Source of the DNA: an uncultured bacterium
GTDB lineage: Bacteria > Patescibacteriota > Minisyncoccia > Phycocordibacterales > Phycocordibacteraceae
NCBI GenBank assembly: GCA_947085985.1
Contig: CAMTYL010000003.1
Location: forward strand, 15,826 to 79,825
Reading direction: 5' to 3'
Length of the DNA stretch: 64,000 nucleotides
The translations under genes and the position numbers were made by a program. Of the stretch, positions 19,966 to 36,866 are shown one piece after another. Every line of letters begins with the position of its first letter. Positions within the stretch are counted from its first letter, which is position 1. The notes under the pieces are model-generated. The model worked only from the letters and a program-made list of their open reading frames with translations. It did no database searches and had not been told where the DNA came from.

Positions 19966-19986
19966 TTGCGCCATAGTTTACGCATA

Positions 19987-20015
19987 TTGACAATACCCCC
20001 GTATGGGGGTATAAT
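19987..20015 (+). promoter_or_regulatory. Consensus sigma70 promoter with palindromic CsoR/RcnR-like operator in the spacer
   Basis: TTGACA-17 nt-TATAAT containing ATACCCCC-GTAT-GGGGGTAT. Confidence 0.75.
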
Positions 20016-20075
20016 GCATGTGAGCCTAGCTTCGGCTACGGACGTCATCATTGCTCTACACAAGGGGAAATAACC

Positions 20076-20630
20076 ATGCGTGGTTTCGTGCAACTGTTTG
20101 CGGCCTTCGGTTTCGTCGCCGTCGCGCTTCGCGTCGCCAACGAGTATCTTCCGTTCGCGCTCGCCGGCATCGGCCTGCTCCTCGCTCTCAGGGGTTTCAA
20201 GCTCCTGGGCGAAGAACGCAACAGCCGGGTCTGGAACCTGACGAACTCGGTCAAGCCGGGCGTGGGCCACGACTTCGCGGTCGTGGGTCTGTGCCTGCTT
20301 GCCGCCGGCCTTTCACAGATGAACGTGGACGGCAACTACTGGCTGCTCCTCGCGACGCCGGTCATCGGCCTGCTGGCTGCGACCGCCGCTCTCCAGAAGG
20401 GCGCCAGCCCGTCTGATGTCGTCGTCTGGAGCGAAGTGGTTCGCACCATCTTCGCCTTCATGATCCCGACCATCGCGATGGTGTCGCTGCAGTTCCGCAC
20501 CGAAACTGGCATGGAGCTGCTCGCCGTCTCGGGTGTGCTCATGGCGGCCGCCATGCTTTTCGCAAGCGTGACGGCACCGCGGACCTTCATCCGCATCGCC
20601 AAGCCACGCCTGGTCGACCGGGTCGCCTGA
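20076..20630 (+). CDS. Orphan multi-TM membrane protein
   Basis: SD AAGGGG, about 6 hydrophobic helices, GC3-rich codons, terminator aaagggcccgcttc..gaagcgggcccttttt. Confidence 0.8.
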   Translation: MRGFVQLFAAFGFVAVALRVANEYLPFALAGIGLLLALRGFKLLGEERNSRVWNLTNSVKPGVGHDFAVVGLCLLAAGLSQMNVDGNYWLLLATPVIGLLAATAALQKGASPSDVVVWSEVVRTIFAFMIPTIAMVSLQFRTETGMELLAVSGVLMAAAMLFASVTAPRTFIRIAKPRLVDRVA

Positions 20631-20709
20631 CCCATCGCCCCAATCCAGGGGGCACCAAAGGGCCCGCTTCTTCTACGAAGCGGGCCCTTTTTCCTTGTCC
20701 CCACACCCA

Positions 20710-20739
20710 TTGACGCCCATATGCCGTGCGGGGTATAGT
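20710..20739 (+). promoter_or_regulatory. Probable rpoBC promoter (about 145-nt leader)
   Basis: TTGACG-18 nt-TATAGT. Confidence 0.55.
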
Positions 20740-20890
20740 TTCCTTACAACGAATGAGTAACGGGGGTACGGGGCAGTAGAACAAATACATAGGGAATTTT
20801 TTAACAGCGTCTCGGGAAATACGAGAGACGTGGCTCGTGGTGCATACGGGCCCGTTTGGCGTTTCTTAGAGACCATAAACCGAAAACGAC

Positions 20891-24061
<3,171 letters not shown>

Positions 24062-24072
24062 TCTCTTCTTCT

Positions 24073-27801
<3,729 letters not shown>

Positions 27802-27814
27802 AGCTACGCTCGTA

Positions 27815-27965
27815 GAGCAAAAAATCTGCAGCTTCGTTCTCAGGTGTCGCTCAGTGCATAGTCACTAAAAAAGAAATCCCCCTCAAGCGCTTCGCTAGAC
27901 GGGGGATTTCTTTATAGGCTCCTTGCACTGATGCTCTGCCTTCGGTTTAGCAGATTTTTCCGCTC
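27815..27965. repeat. About 150-nt imperfect hairpin downstream of rpoC
   Basis: aaaaatctgc..tcagtgca..aaagaaatcccc / ggggatttcttt..tgcactga..gcagattttt. Confidence 0.7.
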
Positions 27966-28084
27966 AACTCGCTCCGTGCTGAAAGGAGAGATAGCAAAAC
28001 ACCGCGCCCAGGGGCGCGGTGTTTGTTTGTATACAAATAGTTTGGGCCCGGAGCGAGAAATTAATCTCAGTCCGGGCCCGATCG

Positions 28085-28393
28085 TCAGTCGACGAGTTCG
28101 ATCCATCCCTTGCGGGTGTCGGTGCGATAGTAGCCCAGGCAGTTGCTGGGTGGCGCCGGAACAGTTCGTTCAAGGCTGGGAGAGGCTCCCCGCACATAGC
28201 CCTTGAAGATCCAGCTCTCGCCACACCCGCTCTCGACCTCGACGCCGTTCAGAACGACGTGAGCCGAAATATTGCCTTCTCCAGCGAGCTTGAACTCGAC
28301 GGCGCGCGTATTGATCGACTTGCGATCAAACAGAGCGAGCATCAAGTCGAACTTCGACGGGCCTTGGGCGATATCGCTACGAATGGTGGTCAT
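28085..28393 (-). CDS. Orphan 102-aa protein
   Basis: SD GGAGGG; promoter TTGACA-16-TATACT (28519-28492); hairpin gggcccgga..tccgggccc after stop. Confidence 0.75.
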   Translation of the reverse strand: MTTIRSDIAQGPSKFDLMLALFDRKSINTRAVEFKLAGEGNISAHVVLNGVEVESGCGESWIFKGYVRGASPSLERTVPAPPSNCLGYYRTDTRKGWIELVD

Positions 28394-28878
28394 ACGACCC
28401 TCCGGTGTACATGGTCCCCTGAATGAGGCGGGAACCGAACCTCCTTATTCCGCGAGCGGAACGACTAGCTCATACGAACCAGAATATATAAAGTATACAC
28501 CATACAGTGTATTTGTCAAGTAATGCAGCGATGCACGAACGTGTAAGAAAAGGGGAAGAGGGCCGTCTTATGTTGTATGACGGTCGTTGGTGCGGCGCTC
28601 CCTGCAGGGGCCACGAACCGCCAGTCTATAGAGTTACAGTGTGCTTCGCGCTAGGAATACAGTCTAGATATAAAAGACGGCTAGCAGGCACCCATGCGTA
28701 GCATCATAGAATTCCAGTCTTTGATAGACTCACACAACCATCCGCTTACGAGCGGGTGGTTGTGCTTTATATACAGAAGGTCGAGGCGACATAAAAGAAT
28801 GTAACGCTCGCAGTCTTGCTGACATTCTATAAAAAGGCCGCCCCGGTTGGGACCGGGGCGGGTCCTCCTTGGGCGGCA

Positions 28879-29073
28879 TCAAGTGCTGCGTTCTCCGTTC
28901 ATCTTCTTGGCGACGAAGTCGGTGATCACCATGGCGACAATCGCGATGAACTGGAAGATGCTGTGTTCGAGCGAGTCGGCCCAGGTGGTCGTGTCGCTGA
29001 AGAGATCATAGCCGAAGTTGGCCATAGTCAGTCCCACGAAGACCGCGAGCGCTTTTCCGAATGTGGCTTTCAT
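28879..29073 (-). CDS. Orphan 64-aa 2-TM protein
   Basis: SD AAGGAGGTG; promoter TTTACA-16-TATAGT; GC hairpin plus T-run after stop. Confidence 0.75.
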   Translation of the reverse strand: MKATFGKALAVFVGLTMANFGYDLFSDTTTWADSLEHSIFQFIAIVAMVITDFVAKKMNGERST

Positions 29074-29173
29074 AACACCTCCTTGTGTTTAGCCGTACTT
29101 AAACTATAGCACTTTATAGTGTTTTGTAAAGTACCCGCGCGAAAGCGCAGGTTTGGCGGTAAACTAGAGAGTA

Positions 29174-30901
29174 ATGGCCGTAGACACCGTCGAGCAGATA
29201 AAGCAGAAACTCACCATTGTAGATGTGGTGGGTAGCTACGTAAAACTGACGCGTGCAGGCAAGCACCATCGTGGCCTCTCTCCATTCAACAAAGAGAAGA
29301 CTCCATCTTTTTACGTAAACCCAGAGCGCGGCAGCTACTACTGTTTCTCCTCGGGTCAGGGCGGCGACATGTTTACCTTCATAGAGAAAATGGAGGGCGT
29401 GGACTTTAAGGGTGCGCTCAAAATTCTTGCAGACAAAGCAGGGGTGGAGATTGTGTACCAGGGTGGAGGCAACAAGGAGGACAAGGGAAAGAAGGATCGC
29501 CTGTATGAGGCAATGGCGCGTGCAGAAAGTTTCTATACCGGGCTGTTGATGGACGGAAAGGAAGTGCCAGGCAGTGCGTACGCATACGCGCTTTCGCGCG
29601 GACTCTCACACGAGACGATAAAGAACTGGGGCCTAGGCTACGCACCCGATGGCTGGCGCGGACTCCTGGAGAAATTGATGGCAGACGGATTTACCCAAGC
29701 GGAGCTGGTAGCTGCGGGGCTTGTGAAGGAAGCCGACGAGAAGAAGGGCACCTACTACGACCGATTCCGTAATCGACTCATGTTCCCGATTCGCGACTCT
29801 GCAGGGCGCACCGTTGCGTTCACGGGCCGAGCACTTGATCCTAACGACCAGGCCAAATACCTAAACAGCCCAGAGACGGATTTGTATAAAAAGTCAGAAA
29901 TTCTCTTTGGTATGGACCGTGCCAAAGACGCCATCCGCGTGCGTGGCTTTGCGCTTATGGTGGAAGGGCAGATGGACTTGCTCATGCTCCACCAAATTGG
30001 ATTCACCAACGCCATCGCGCTCTCTGGCACAGCGCTCACGCCCCAGCACCTCGCACTTATTAAGCGCTACGCCGACAATTTGATGTTGGCGCTAGATAGT
30101 GACCGTGCGGGACTCGCGGCCAGCCAGAAGAACGCCATCACCGCGCTCAAGGCTGGTATGCGTGTAAAGGCCGTACGTATGCCGCAGGGGAAAGACCCAG
30201 CAGACCTGGCGCTGGAGGATCCAAAGGATTTGACCAAGCGCATTGCAGACGCGCACACCATCGTTGAGTTTTTCTTACTGGTACTTGCGGAGAACTATCC
30301 CGACTCGCTTCGCTTGATAGTGGCGAGCGAGCGCGCCGTGCTCCCGCTTATTGCCAGCATGGAAAGCGCTATGGAGCGCGAGCACTTTGTGGGTATCGTT
30401 GCAAGAGCACTGCAGTCCACACCCGACGCGGTGCGCGACGGGTTAGAGCGTACCCGAAAAAGCATGGAGCAGGACGGCGGACCCGTACACGAGGGTGTAA
30501 GAAAAGCCGAACCAGGTCGGCTACAACAGGTGCCCATCCCAGCATCTAGTGTGGGGGAGCGGCACGCAATTTTAGTCCGAGCTATTGCTGTGAGCTATCC
30601 TGGGACAACGCTTGCCGAAAGGCTGGAAACCGAGTATTCTCGTATTATCGGCTCACCGTTTCCGGACGACCAACTGCCCGAGCATGAAGTCTTTGAGGCA
30701 GGTATCGCTTATGGCGAGAATCCGGACGAGCACGCAGCTGACGATCTAATACGAGCTCTTGAGAAGGCGACCCTCGGGGAACGCCTTGCACACGTGTCTA
30801 AGGAGCTCCGCCTCGCGGAAGCCTCTGGCGACGAAATGAATGCACGCGCCCTCGCAGACGAAAGTCGCACTCTGGCCCGAAGACTGTCGGCACTTTCCTA
30901 A
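29174..30901 (+). CDS. dnaG: DNA primase
   Basis: [37 protein letters not shown]. Confidence 0.97.
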   Translation: MAVDTVEQIKQKLTIVDVVGSYVKLTRAGKHHRGLSPFNKEKTPSFYVNPERGSYYCFSSGQGGDMFTFIEKMEGVDFKGALKILADKAGVEIVYQGGGNKEDKGKKDRLYEAMARAESFYTGLLMDGKEVPGSAYAYALSRGLSHETIKNWGLGYAPDGWRGLLEKLMADGFTQAELVAAGLVKEADEKKGTYYDRFRNRLMFPIRDSAGRTVAFTGRALDPNDQAKYLNSPETDLYKKSEILFGMDRAKDAIRVRGFALMVEGQMDLLMLHQIGFTNAIALSGTALTPQHLALIKRYADNLMLALDSDRAGLAASQKNAITALKAGMRVKAVRMPQGKDPADLALEDPKDLTKRIADAHTIVEFFLLVLAENYPDSLRLIVASERAVLPLIASMESAMEREHFVGIVARALQSTPDAVRDGLERTRKSMEQDGGPVHEGVRKAEPGRLQQVPIPASSVGERHAILVRAIAVSYPGTTLAERLETEYSRIIGSPFPDDQLPEHEVFEAGIAYGENPDEHAADDLIRALEKATLGERLAHVSKELRLAEASGDEMNARALADESRTLARRLSALS

Positions 30902-30939
30902 GTACGATTTACCAAGGTGCGCCCCTAACTCCTTTTCCT

Positions 30940-32283
30940 ATGCCAACGAAGAAGACGGTGAAGAAGGCTGCAAAGCCTGTAAAGAAAGCTGCACCAAAAA
31001 AAGTAACTAAGAAGGTTGCACCCAAAAAAGTAGCACCTAAGAAGGTCGTGAAGAAGGCTGCTCCAAAGAAGGTGGTAAAGAAAGCTGTAAAGGCAGTAAA
31101 AAAAGCTGTAAAGAAGACCGCGCCCAAGAAGGTTGCTGCAAAGAAAACTTCCGCAAAGAAGGAAGGAATGAAGAAGGTGGTAAAGGTTGCGTTGACCGGA
31201 GCAAAGGCAAAGGCAGCTGCGCAGAACGAGACCAAGGCCGAGCACCTTATCAAGAAGGGTAAGGAGCGTGGGTACATCACCTACTCTGAAATCCTTCGCG
31301 AGTTCCCACACATCGAGGACGACGTGTCCTTCCTCGAGGAGCTCTACGAGCGCTTCGCGGTCTCTGGTATCGATATTCTTGAGGGCGGTATGCTCGAGGA
31401 CAACGCAGACGAATACCTCGCTACCCGCAACATCAAGGGTCGCGATTCTTCGGGCTACGACTCTATTCAGATTTACCTCCGCGAGATTGGTCAGTACCCG
31501 CTCTTGACCGCCTCTGAGGAGCGCGAGCTCGCTCAGCGCATCGACGCAGGCGACGACGAGGCACGCAACATTCTTGCGCGTTCTAACCTCCGCCTCGTGG
31601 TGTCTATTGCAAAAAAGTATGTGGGACGCTCTCCAGACTTGACCCTCCTAGACCTTATTCAGGAAGGAAACCTCGGACTCTTCAAGGCCGTAGACAAGTT
31701 CGACTGGAAGAAGGGATACAAGTTCTCTACCTACGCTACCTGGTGGATTCGCCAGGCTATCACGCGCGCACTCGCCGACCAGTCCCGCACCATTCGTATT
31801 CCGGTACACATGGTGGAGACCATCGCCAAGTACAAGCAGGTGTCTCGCCGCCTAGCGCAGGCGCTTGGTCGCGACCCACAGCCAGAGGAAGTTGCTATTG
31901 AGATGGGTGTAGAGGTAGACAAGATTTACCAGATTGAGAAAATCAATCAGGACACTCTTTCTCTTGAGAACCCAATTGGTTCAGACGACGACGACCGCTC
32001 AACGCTCGGCGACTTTATTGCAGACGATAAAATTCCGTCTCCAATTCAGGAATCTTCAGAGCGCATCTTGGGTGAGCAGGTTCGTGACATTCTGGACGAC
32101 CTCTCTCCAAAGGAGCGCAAGATCCTAGAGATGCGTCATGGTTTGCTCGACGGTGTGTACCACACGCTTGAGGAGGTGGGGAAGGAGTTCGGGGTAACAC
32201 GTGAGCGTATTCGCCAAATCGAGGCGAAAGCCTTGGAGAAAATTAGAACTCATGAGAAGTCACGAAGACTCAAGAGTTACTAA
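30940..32283 (+). CDS. rpoD: Primary sigma factor with Lys/Ala/Pro/Val-rich N-terminal repeats
   Basis: [42 protein letters not shown]; N-term (KKxAPKKV)n. Confidence 0.97.
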   Translation: MPTKKTVKKAAKPVKKAAPKKVTKKVAPKKVAPKKVVKKAAPKKVVKKAVKAVKKAVKKTAPKKVAAKKTSAKKEGMKKVVKVALTGAKAKAAAQNETKAEHLIKKGKERGYITYSEILREFPHIEDDVSFLEELYERFAVSGIDILEGGMLEDNADEYLATRNIKGRDSSGYDSIQIYLREIGQYPLLTASEERELAQRIDAGDDEARNILARSNLRLVVSIAKKYVGRSPDLTLLDLIQEGNLGLFKAVDKFDWKKGYKFSTYATWWIRQAITRALADQSRTIRIPVHMVETIAKYKQVSRRLAQALGRDPQPEEVAIEMGVEVDKIYQIEKINQDTLSLENPIGSDDDDRSTLGDFIADDKIPSPIQESSERILGEQVRDILDDLSPKERKILEMRHGLLDGVYHTLEEVGKEFGVTRERIRQIEAKALEKIRTHEKSRRLKSY

Positions 32284-32290
32284 TTTTCTC

Positions 32291-32406
32291 CTCGCAAAAG
32301 CATCTCAGCTACGTCGTTACGGGTCCCTCGCGGGCCCGTTCGTCGTACCACTCATACGCCTCAGGTCCCGCGCTTCCCGTGCCTTGTCCCTGAGCCCTTT
32401 TGCGGG
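32291..32406 (-). repeat. Structured hairpin element, copy C
   Basis: Minus: ctca GG GAC AAGGC acggg..GAGGCGTA tgagtgg TACGACGA..cccgt AACGAC GTA GC tgag. Confidence 0.75.
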
Positions 32407-32465
32407 CTTTCCGGCGCTCGCGATGCTTTGCTTAGCAAATACGCTAAAAGCGATATAATAAGCAT

Positions 32466-33074
32466 ATGGACGAAATCGTATACATATTAATAAATGAAGC
32501 GATGCCGGGTTATGTAAAAATAGGTCTGACAAGTGGCTCGCTCGAGGAAAGAATTCGCTCGCTTGATACAACAGGTGTGCCACTTCCTTTTGAATGTTTC
32601 TATGCCGCAAGGGTAAATGATTGTCGGATGGTAGAAAAACTTCTGCACGATACTTTCCTTGATTATCGTGTTCGATCAAATCGCGAGTTCTTTGAAGTTT
32701 CCCCTGAGCGCGTAGTTTCTGCTATAAAGCTTGCCGAAGTTGAGAATGTAACACCGCAACGAGACTTTGTTGAATCAGAAGAAGATCAGAAGGCACTCAA
32801 TCAGGCACGCGAAAAGAGATCTGCTTTTAACTTCGGCATGGTGGATATACCGGTCGGGTCTGAGATTGTTTTTGTGAACGATGAGAATATTCGCGCGAAA
32901 GTCGTTAAATTGAGTGGCAAACGAAGTATCGAATTCAATGGGGAACTAACTAGTCCTTCAACGGCTGCGCAGAAGGTACTTGGCTACCCATACAATGTAC
33001 AGGGAACAGTATATTGGATGTATCAAGGGGAAACATTGGATGAACGTCGTCGCAGGTTGGAAAATCAAGAATAG
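32466..33074 (+). CDS. T5orf172/GIY-YIG-superfamily nuclease-domain protein
   Basis: IVYILINEAMPGYVKIG, LDTTGVPLPF, EKLLH, NREFF. Confidence 0.85.
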   Translation: MDEIVYILINEAMPGYVKIGLTSGSLEERIRSLDTTGVPLPFECFYAARVNDCRMVEKLLHDTFLDYRVRSNREFFEVSPERVVSAIKLAEVENVTPQRDFVESEEDQKALNQAREKRSAFNFGMVDIPVGSEIVFVNDENIRAKVVKLSGKRSIEFNGELTSPSTAAQKVLGYPYNVQGTVYWMYQGETLDERRRRLENQE

Positions 33075-33078
33075 TTTT

Positions 33079-33984
33079 GTGGCAGTCGAAAATCTTACAG
33101 GGCTCGAAAAGCCATTACAGAAATTAGTTGAAACCGTCTCCGAAGGAGTTGGGGTTGTTGGGAATCACCTCTTTAAATTTGATGTTGCAAAAATTAAACG
33201 AATTGGAGAAGCAGAAGCAGAGATCGAAAAGGGCAAGATTATTGCACAAGCTGAAGCTCAAGAGAAAGCGGTAGAAATTTTAAGTAGGGCAGAAATAAGA
33301 TTTGCACTAGAGCAATACAACAAACAGATTAATTTAGAGAATATACTAGTTAAATCTAGAGAAGATTTGTCGGAGAAAGAGGTTACTGATGAGGCGGTAG
33401 ATAAGGATTGGACGATGCGATTCTTGGACATTGCCCAGAATGTGAGTCGAGACGAAATGCAGGATGTTCTTGCAAAGATTCTATCTGGAGAGATCCAAAA
33501 ACCAGGTAGTTATTCTTATCAGACTCTAGAGGTCGTTAAATATCTGTCACAGAGAGACTTGGAAAGGTTTTTAAAGTTCGTAGCTCTTTCTACGGAAGTA
33601 GGTGTAATAAAATTACACGGAGGAAGTAGCGAATCGCTTCAAAAATATGGACTGAATTTTGGTGATTACTTAGACTTGTCTTCAATCGGTCTATTTAATC
33701 AATCTTCAATGCTTTCTTATAACATTGAGATGAAACCGGAAGGAAAACATCCAATTAATATCGGCGGAGAATGGTTCATTCTTCAGAACGAAGATAAGGA
33801 GAACAGTAAAAAATTTAATCTTGGACTTTTTGTATTTTCAAATGTAGGTAGGGAAATACGTTCTCTCTTACTCGAGCGAGCGGAAAATGAACATGCGGGA
33901 ATATATAAAACTGATTTTATAGAGGAAACTGAAAAGAAATCCATTAAAGTTACCAAGGCTATATTCAAGACTAAAGAAGTATAG
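33079..33984 (+). CDS. DUF2806-family protein (GTG start)
   Basis: KLVETVSEGVG, KQINLENI, VDKDWTMRF, LAKILSGEIQKPGSYS; low GC. Confidence 0.75.
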   Translation: MAVENLTGLEKPLQKLVETVSEGVGVVGNHLFKFDVAKIKRIGEAEAEIEKGKIIAQAEAQEKAVEILSRAEIRFALEQYNKQINLENILVKSREDLSEKEVTDEAVDKDWTMRFLDIAQNVSRDEMQDVLAKILSGEIQKPGSYSYQTLEVVKYLSQRDLERFLKFVALSTEVGVIKLHGGSSESLQKYGLNFGDYLDLSSIGLFNQSSMLSYNIEMKPEGKHPINIGGEWFILQNEDKENSKKFNLGLFVFSNVGREIRSLLLERAENEHAGIYKTDFIEETEKKSIKVTKAIFKTKEV

Positions 33985-34019
33985 AAATATGCCGCAGGAG
34001 AGGCGTAGTTAAGTGGGCT

Positions 34020-34120
34020 CAAAGTAGGAGCCTTTATGCGCCAATATACCCCGCCCGCCGTACACTTACGTCTCCTTCGGCGGACTTCCCGCGCCCAGCG
34101 TCTAGGGCCTTTTTACTTCG
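34020..34120 (-). repeat. Structured hairpin element, degenerate copy D
   Basis: Minus: cccta GA CGC TGGGC gcggg..GAGACGTA agtg TACGGCG. Confidence 0.55.
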
Positions 34121-34185
34121 CTTGCAGACAGGATCATTTAGGGTTCGCGCCTTCAATTCTGCACACTTGGTATATAATTTAGAAA

Positions 34186-34787
34186 ATGGACAAGAAAGAA
34201 ATTACAAGTCTGCTTGAAAGGCATAAGGCAAAGCGTCCTCGAACTATTGTCGTAGTGGATTTTGGCAACGTAGATAAGTGGAAAGAAAGTCTTGGGTGGA
34301 AGGTCGGTATCCAGGAACTGGCTCAGCTCATCAAGCACTTTTCCTACGGCAAAAGTTTTTACGCAGATTTTATTATGGCGAGGATTACGGGCCAGATGAA
34401 CGCTCCATAAAGCGAACGGTATGGTCGGAAAACATCCTGACCCGTGCACGCATGAATGGATTTGAACTAGTTACAAAAAGAGTCAAATATATCCATAATC
34501 AAGATTACATAACAGGATTTTTAGCCAAGTGTGAACTTGACGTTGAAATGGCCGTTGACCTGATACGAGAAAAGGATAACTACGATTCTGTTTTGCTGCT
34601 CTCAGGTGATGGAGATCTAGTGCCGGTGTTGCAGTATTTAAAACGGTTTCATTCTAAGGAATGTATAGTTATGAGTGCTCGAGGTCACGTGGCTCGTGAA
34701 GTTATAGACGCTAGAGTCTCTGGTATTATCGACGAACTCCTCTTTGCAGAAGACTTTGAATACCGACTCCGAATGCGCGTTTACTAG
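34186..34787 (+). pseudogene. NYN (LabA/DUF88, PIN-like) RNase split by a -1 frameshift near 34350-34362
   Basis: N-part IVVVDFGNV in one frame; C-part RRFYYG..KCELDVEMAVD..LLSGDGDL in the -1 frame; junction ggcaaaagtttttacgc. Confidence 0.8.
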
Positions 34788-34850
34788 CGCAATCAGAAAC
34801 CCCGCCTTTCAGCGGGGTTTCGATCAAAATCCGGCAAGCCGTTGCTTACA
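34788..34850 (-). ncRNA. Candidate ~60-nt small RNA convergent on the NYN gene
   Basis: Minus promoter TTGAAA(34883-78)-16-TATAAT(34861-56); hairpin gaaaccccgc..gcggggtttc 34796-34821; no ORF. Confidence 0.4.
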
Positions 34851-34954
34851 TCTGTATTATACAGAGTTTCGATGAATTTTCAATGATATCCACAGAGAAG
34901 CAATTTGACTGCCCTTGATACCTGAATTGACCCGTATGGGCTATTATTAAAGAT

Positions 34955-36865
34955 ATGAAAAAAGCCGGAGGAGGAGAGAAAATCGATGGTTTATCGGCTG
35001 ATGTTCAAGCTGAGCGTTTAGAAGCTTTGCGGCAGGTAGTTCCAGAGGCCTTTTCGGAAGGGCAATTGGACGTGGACAAACTTAAAGCTCTCTTCTCTGA
35101 GGAGGTGCAAGCAGGAGACGAAGAGGGTGAACGTTTTCGTCTTGAATGGGCAGGGAAGCACAAGGTTTTTGATGAAATCGCCAAGAGAACTTCTTGCACA
35201 CTTACTCTTGACCCAGATCGTTCATCTGAAGATTTTGAACAATCGCAAAACGTATTTATTGAAGGTGAAAACTTAGAAGTATTGCGCGCGCTCCAGAAGG
35301 CATATTTCGGGAAGGTGAAGATGATTTACATTGATCCTCCATACAATACGGGAAAGGATTTTGTGTACAACGACGACTTCCGTCAAACAGAAGCTGAGTA
35401 TTGCGAGGATACTTGTAATGTGGACGAGAATGGAAACTTGAAGCGCGCGTACAAACTGAACACTAAGGACTCAGGTCGCTATCATTCAAACTGGCTTTCG
35501 ATGATGTACCCACGTCTGTACCTTGCACGCAACCTTCTCCGTGATGATGGAGTCATTTTCGTTTCCATTGACGATAACGAAGTTCACAACTTGCGCGCAC
35601 TCATGAATGAAGTTTTTGGTGAGGAAAACTTCATCGAGATTTTTTCTTGGCAGAAGACAGAAACCCCACCAAATCTTTCAAAATTAACAAAAAAAAGTGT
35701 CGAATACGTGCTTGCATACAGGAAATCGTACAAACGCAGTACTTTAATGGGACTGAGTAAGAATAGTTCGAGTAGTAATGGTCTAATGAACCAAACTAAT
35801 TCAGAAAAGATACTTACTTTTCCTAAGGATGTCACAGAAACTGCAATAAGTGACGGGATGCTTCCAAAAGGAAGGTACGGAACAGATAGTTATACTATTG
35901 AGTTAATGGAGGACGCAGAAGTCAAAAATGGGAGGTTTGTAACGTCAGTCATTCTTAAGGGGAAGTTTAAATGGTCTCAGGCAAATCTTGAGAGAGAAAT
36001 TTTAGACGGTACGAAGATCTCAATTCGAACTACCTCACTTTCGCCATCATACGAGCGTGAAGAATATGCACCTGAAGCGCCGTGGAATTTAATCGACAGG
36101 GATTTCGGTGTCGGTACTAATGAGGCTGCAAGTGATGAGCTGGATAGTCTTTTTGGTAAGATAGAAATTTTTGACCACCCAAAACCACCTTCATTAATTC
36201 AATACCTCCTTAACTTTCTCAGGGATACTAAAGACGAGGAAGATCTAGTACTTGATTTCTTTTCAGGTTCGGGAACTACTGCTCACGCAGTAATGGCGCA
36301 AAATGCAGTAGATGGAGGTAATCGTCATTACATCTGCGTACAGATGCCTGAACAGACATCTGAAAAGAGCGAGGCACGGAAGGCAGAATTCGCAAAAATC
36401 TCCGATATTGCTATCGAGCGTATCAAGCGCGCCGCAAACAAGATCCGTAGCGAGAAACCAGATTACTCCGGTGACCTTGGTGTGCGTGTTTACTGTGTGA
36501 CTGATTCGAACTTTCCACAATGGCACGCGCGCTCGTTCGACTCTGACTCTGAGCTGGAGGAATCACTCTTTGCGCACGTGGGCCGTGTGGCTGGAGGAGA
36601 CGAGCGTGCACGCGCTACGGAAGTGCTACTGAAGATTGGTCACGACCTAAATACTTCCATTGAGCAGTCTGATGGGTTTTTGCTCGCTGATAGTTCTATT
36701 GCACTTATCCTTCGAGACGATTTTAAAGCGCAGGATTTGAATAAGGTATTCCAAACAAAGCCAAGGATAGTGATAGTACTCGAGCGCATATTTGCTAACG
36801 ACGATGAAAAGATAAACTTCGCACTTCGATGTAAAGAAGAAAAAGTAGTCTTTCAGACCGTGTAA
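34955..36865 (+). CDS. mod: Type III R-M methyltransferase (Mod)
   Basis: IEGENLEVL, IYIDPPYNTG, WLSMMYPRL, HPKP, DFFSGSGTT. Confidence 0.95.
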   Translation: MKKAGGGEKIDGLSADVQAERLEALRQVVPEAFSEGQLDVDKLKALFSEEVQAGDEEGERFRLEWAGKHKVFDEIAKRTSCTLTLDPDRSSEDFEQSQNVFIEGENLEVLRALQKAYFGKVKMIYIDPPYNTGKDFVYNDDFRQTEAEYCEDTCNVDENGNLKRAYKLNTKDSGRYHSNWLSMMYPRLYLARNLLRDDGVIFVSIDDNEVHNLRALMNEVFGEENFIEIFSWQKTETPPNLSKLTKKSVEYVLAYRKSYKRSTLMGLSKNSSSSNGLMNQTNSEKILTFPKDVTETAISDGMLPKGRYGTDSYTIELMEDAEVKNGRFVTSVILKGKFKWSQANLEREILDGTKISIRTTSLSPSYEREEYAPEAPWNLIDRDFGVGTNEAASDELDSLFGKIEIFDHPKPPSLIQYLLNFLRDTKDEEDLVLDFFSGSGTTAHAVMAQNAVDGGNRHYICVQMPEQTSEKSEARKAEFAKISDIAIERIKRAANKIRSEKPDYSGDLGVRVYCVTDSNFPQWHARSFDSDSELEESLFAHVGRVAGGDERARATEVLLKIGHDLNTSIEQSDGFLLADSSIALILRDDFKAQDLNKVFQTKPRIVIVLERIFANDDEKINFALRCKEEKVVFQTV

Positions 36866-36866
36866 C

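Noticed and set aside
30940-31200. Low-complexity A-rich tandem repeats and antisense ORFs 30909-31311
   Set aside because: They encode the Lys-rich RpoD N-terminus; the antisense ORFs are shadows.
35689-35696. A8 tract in mod as a phase-variation switch
   Set aside because: Short, in an AT-rich region, frame intact; no long simple repeat typical of phasevarions.
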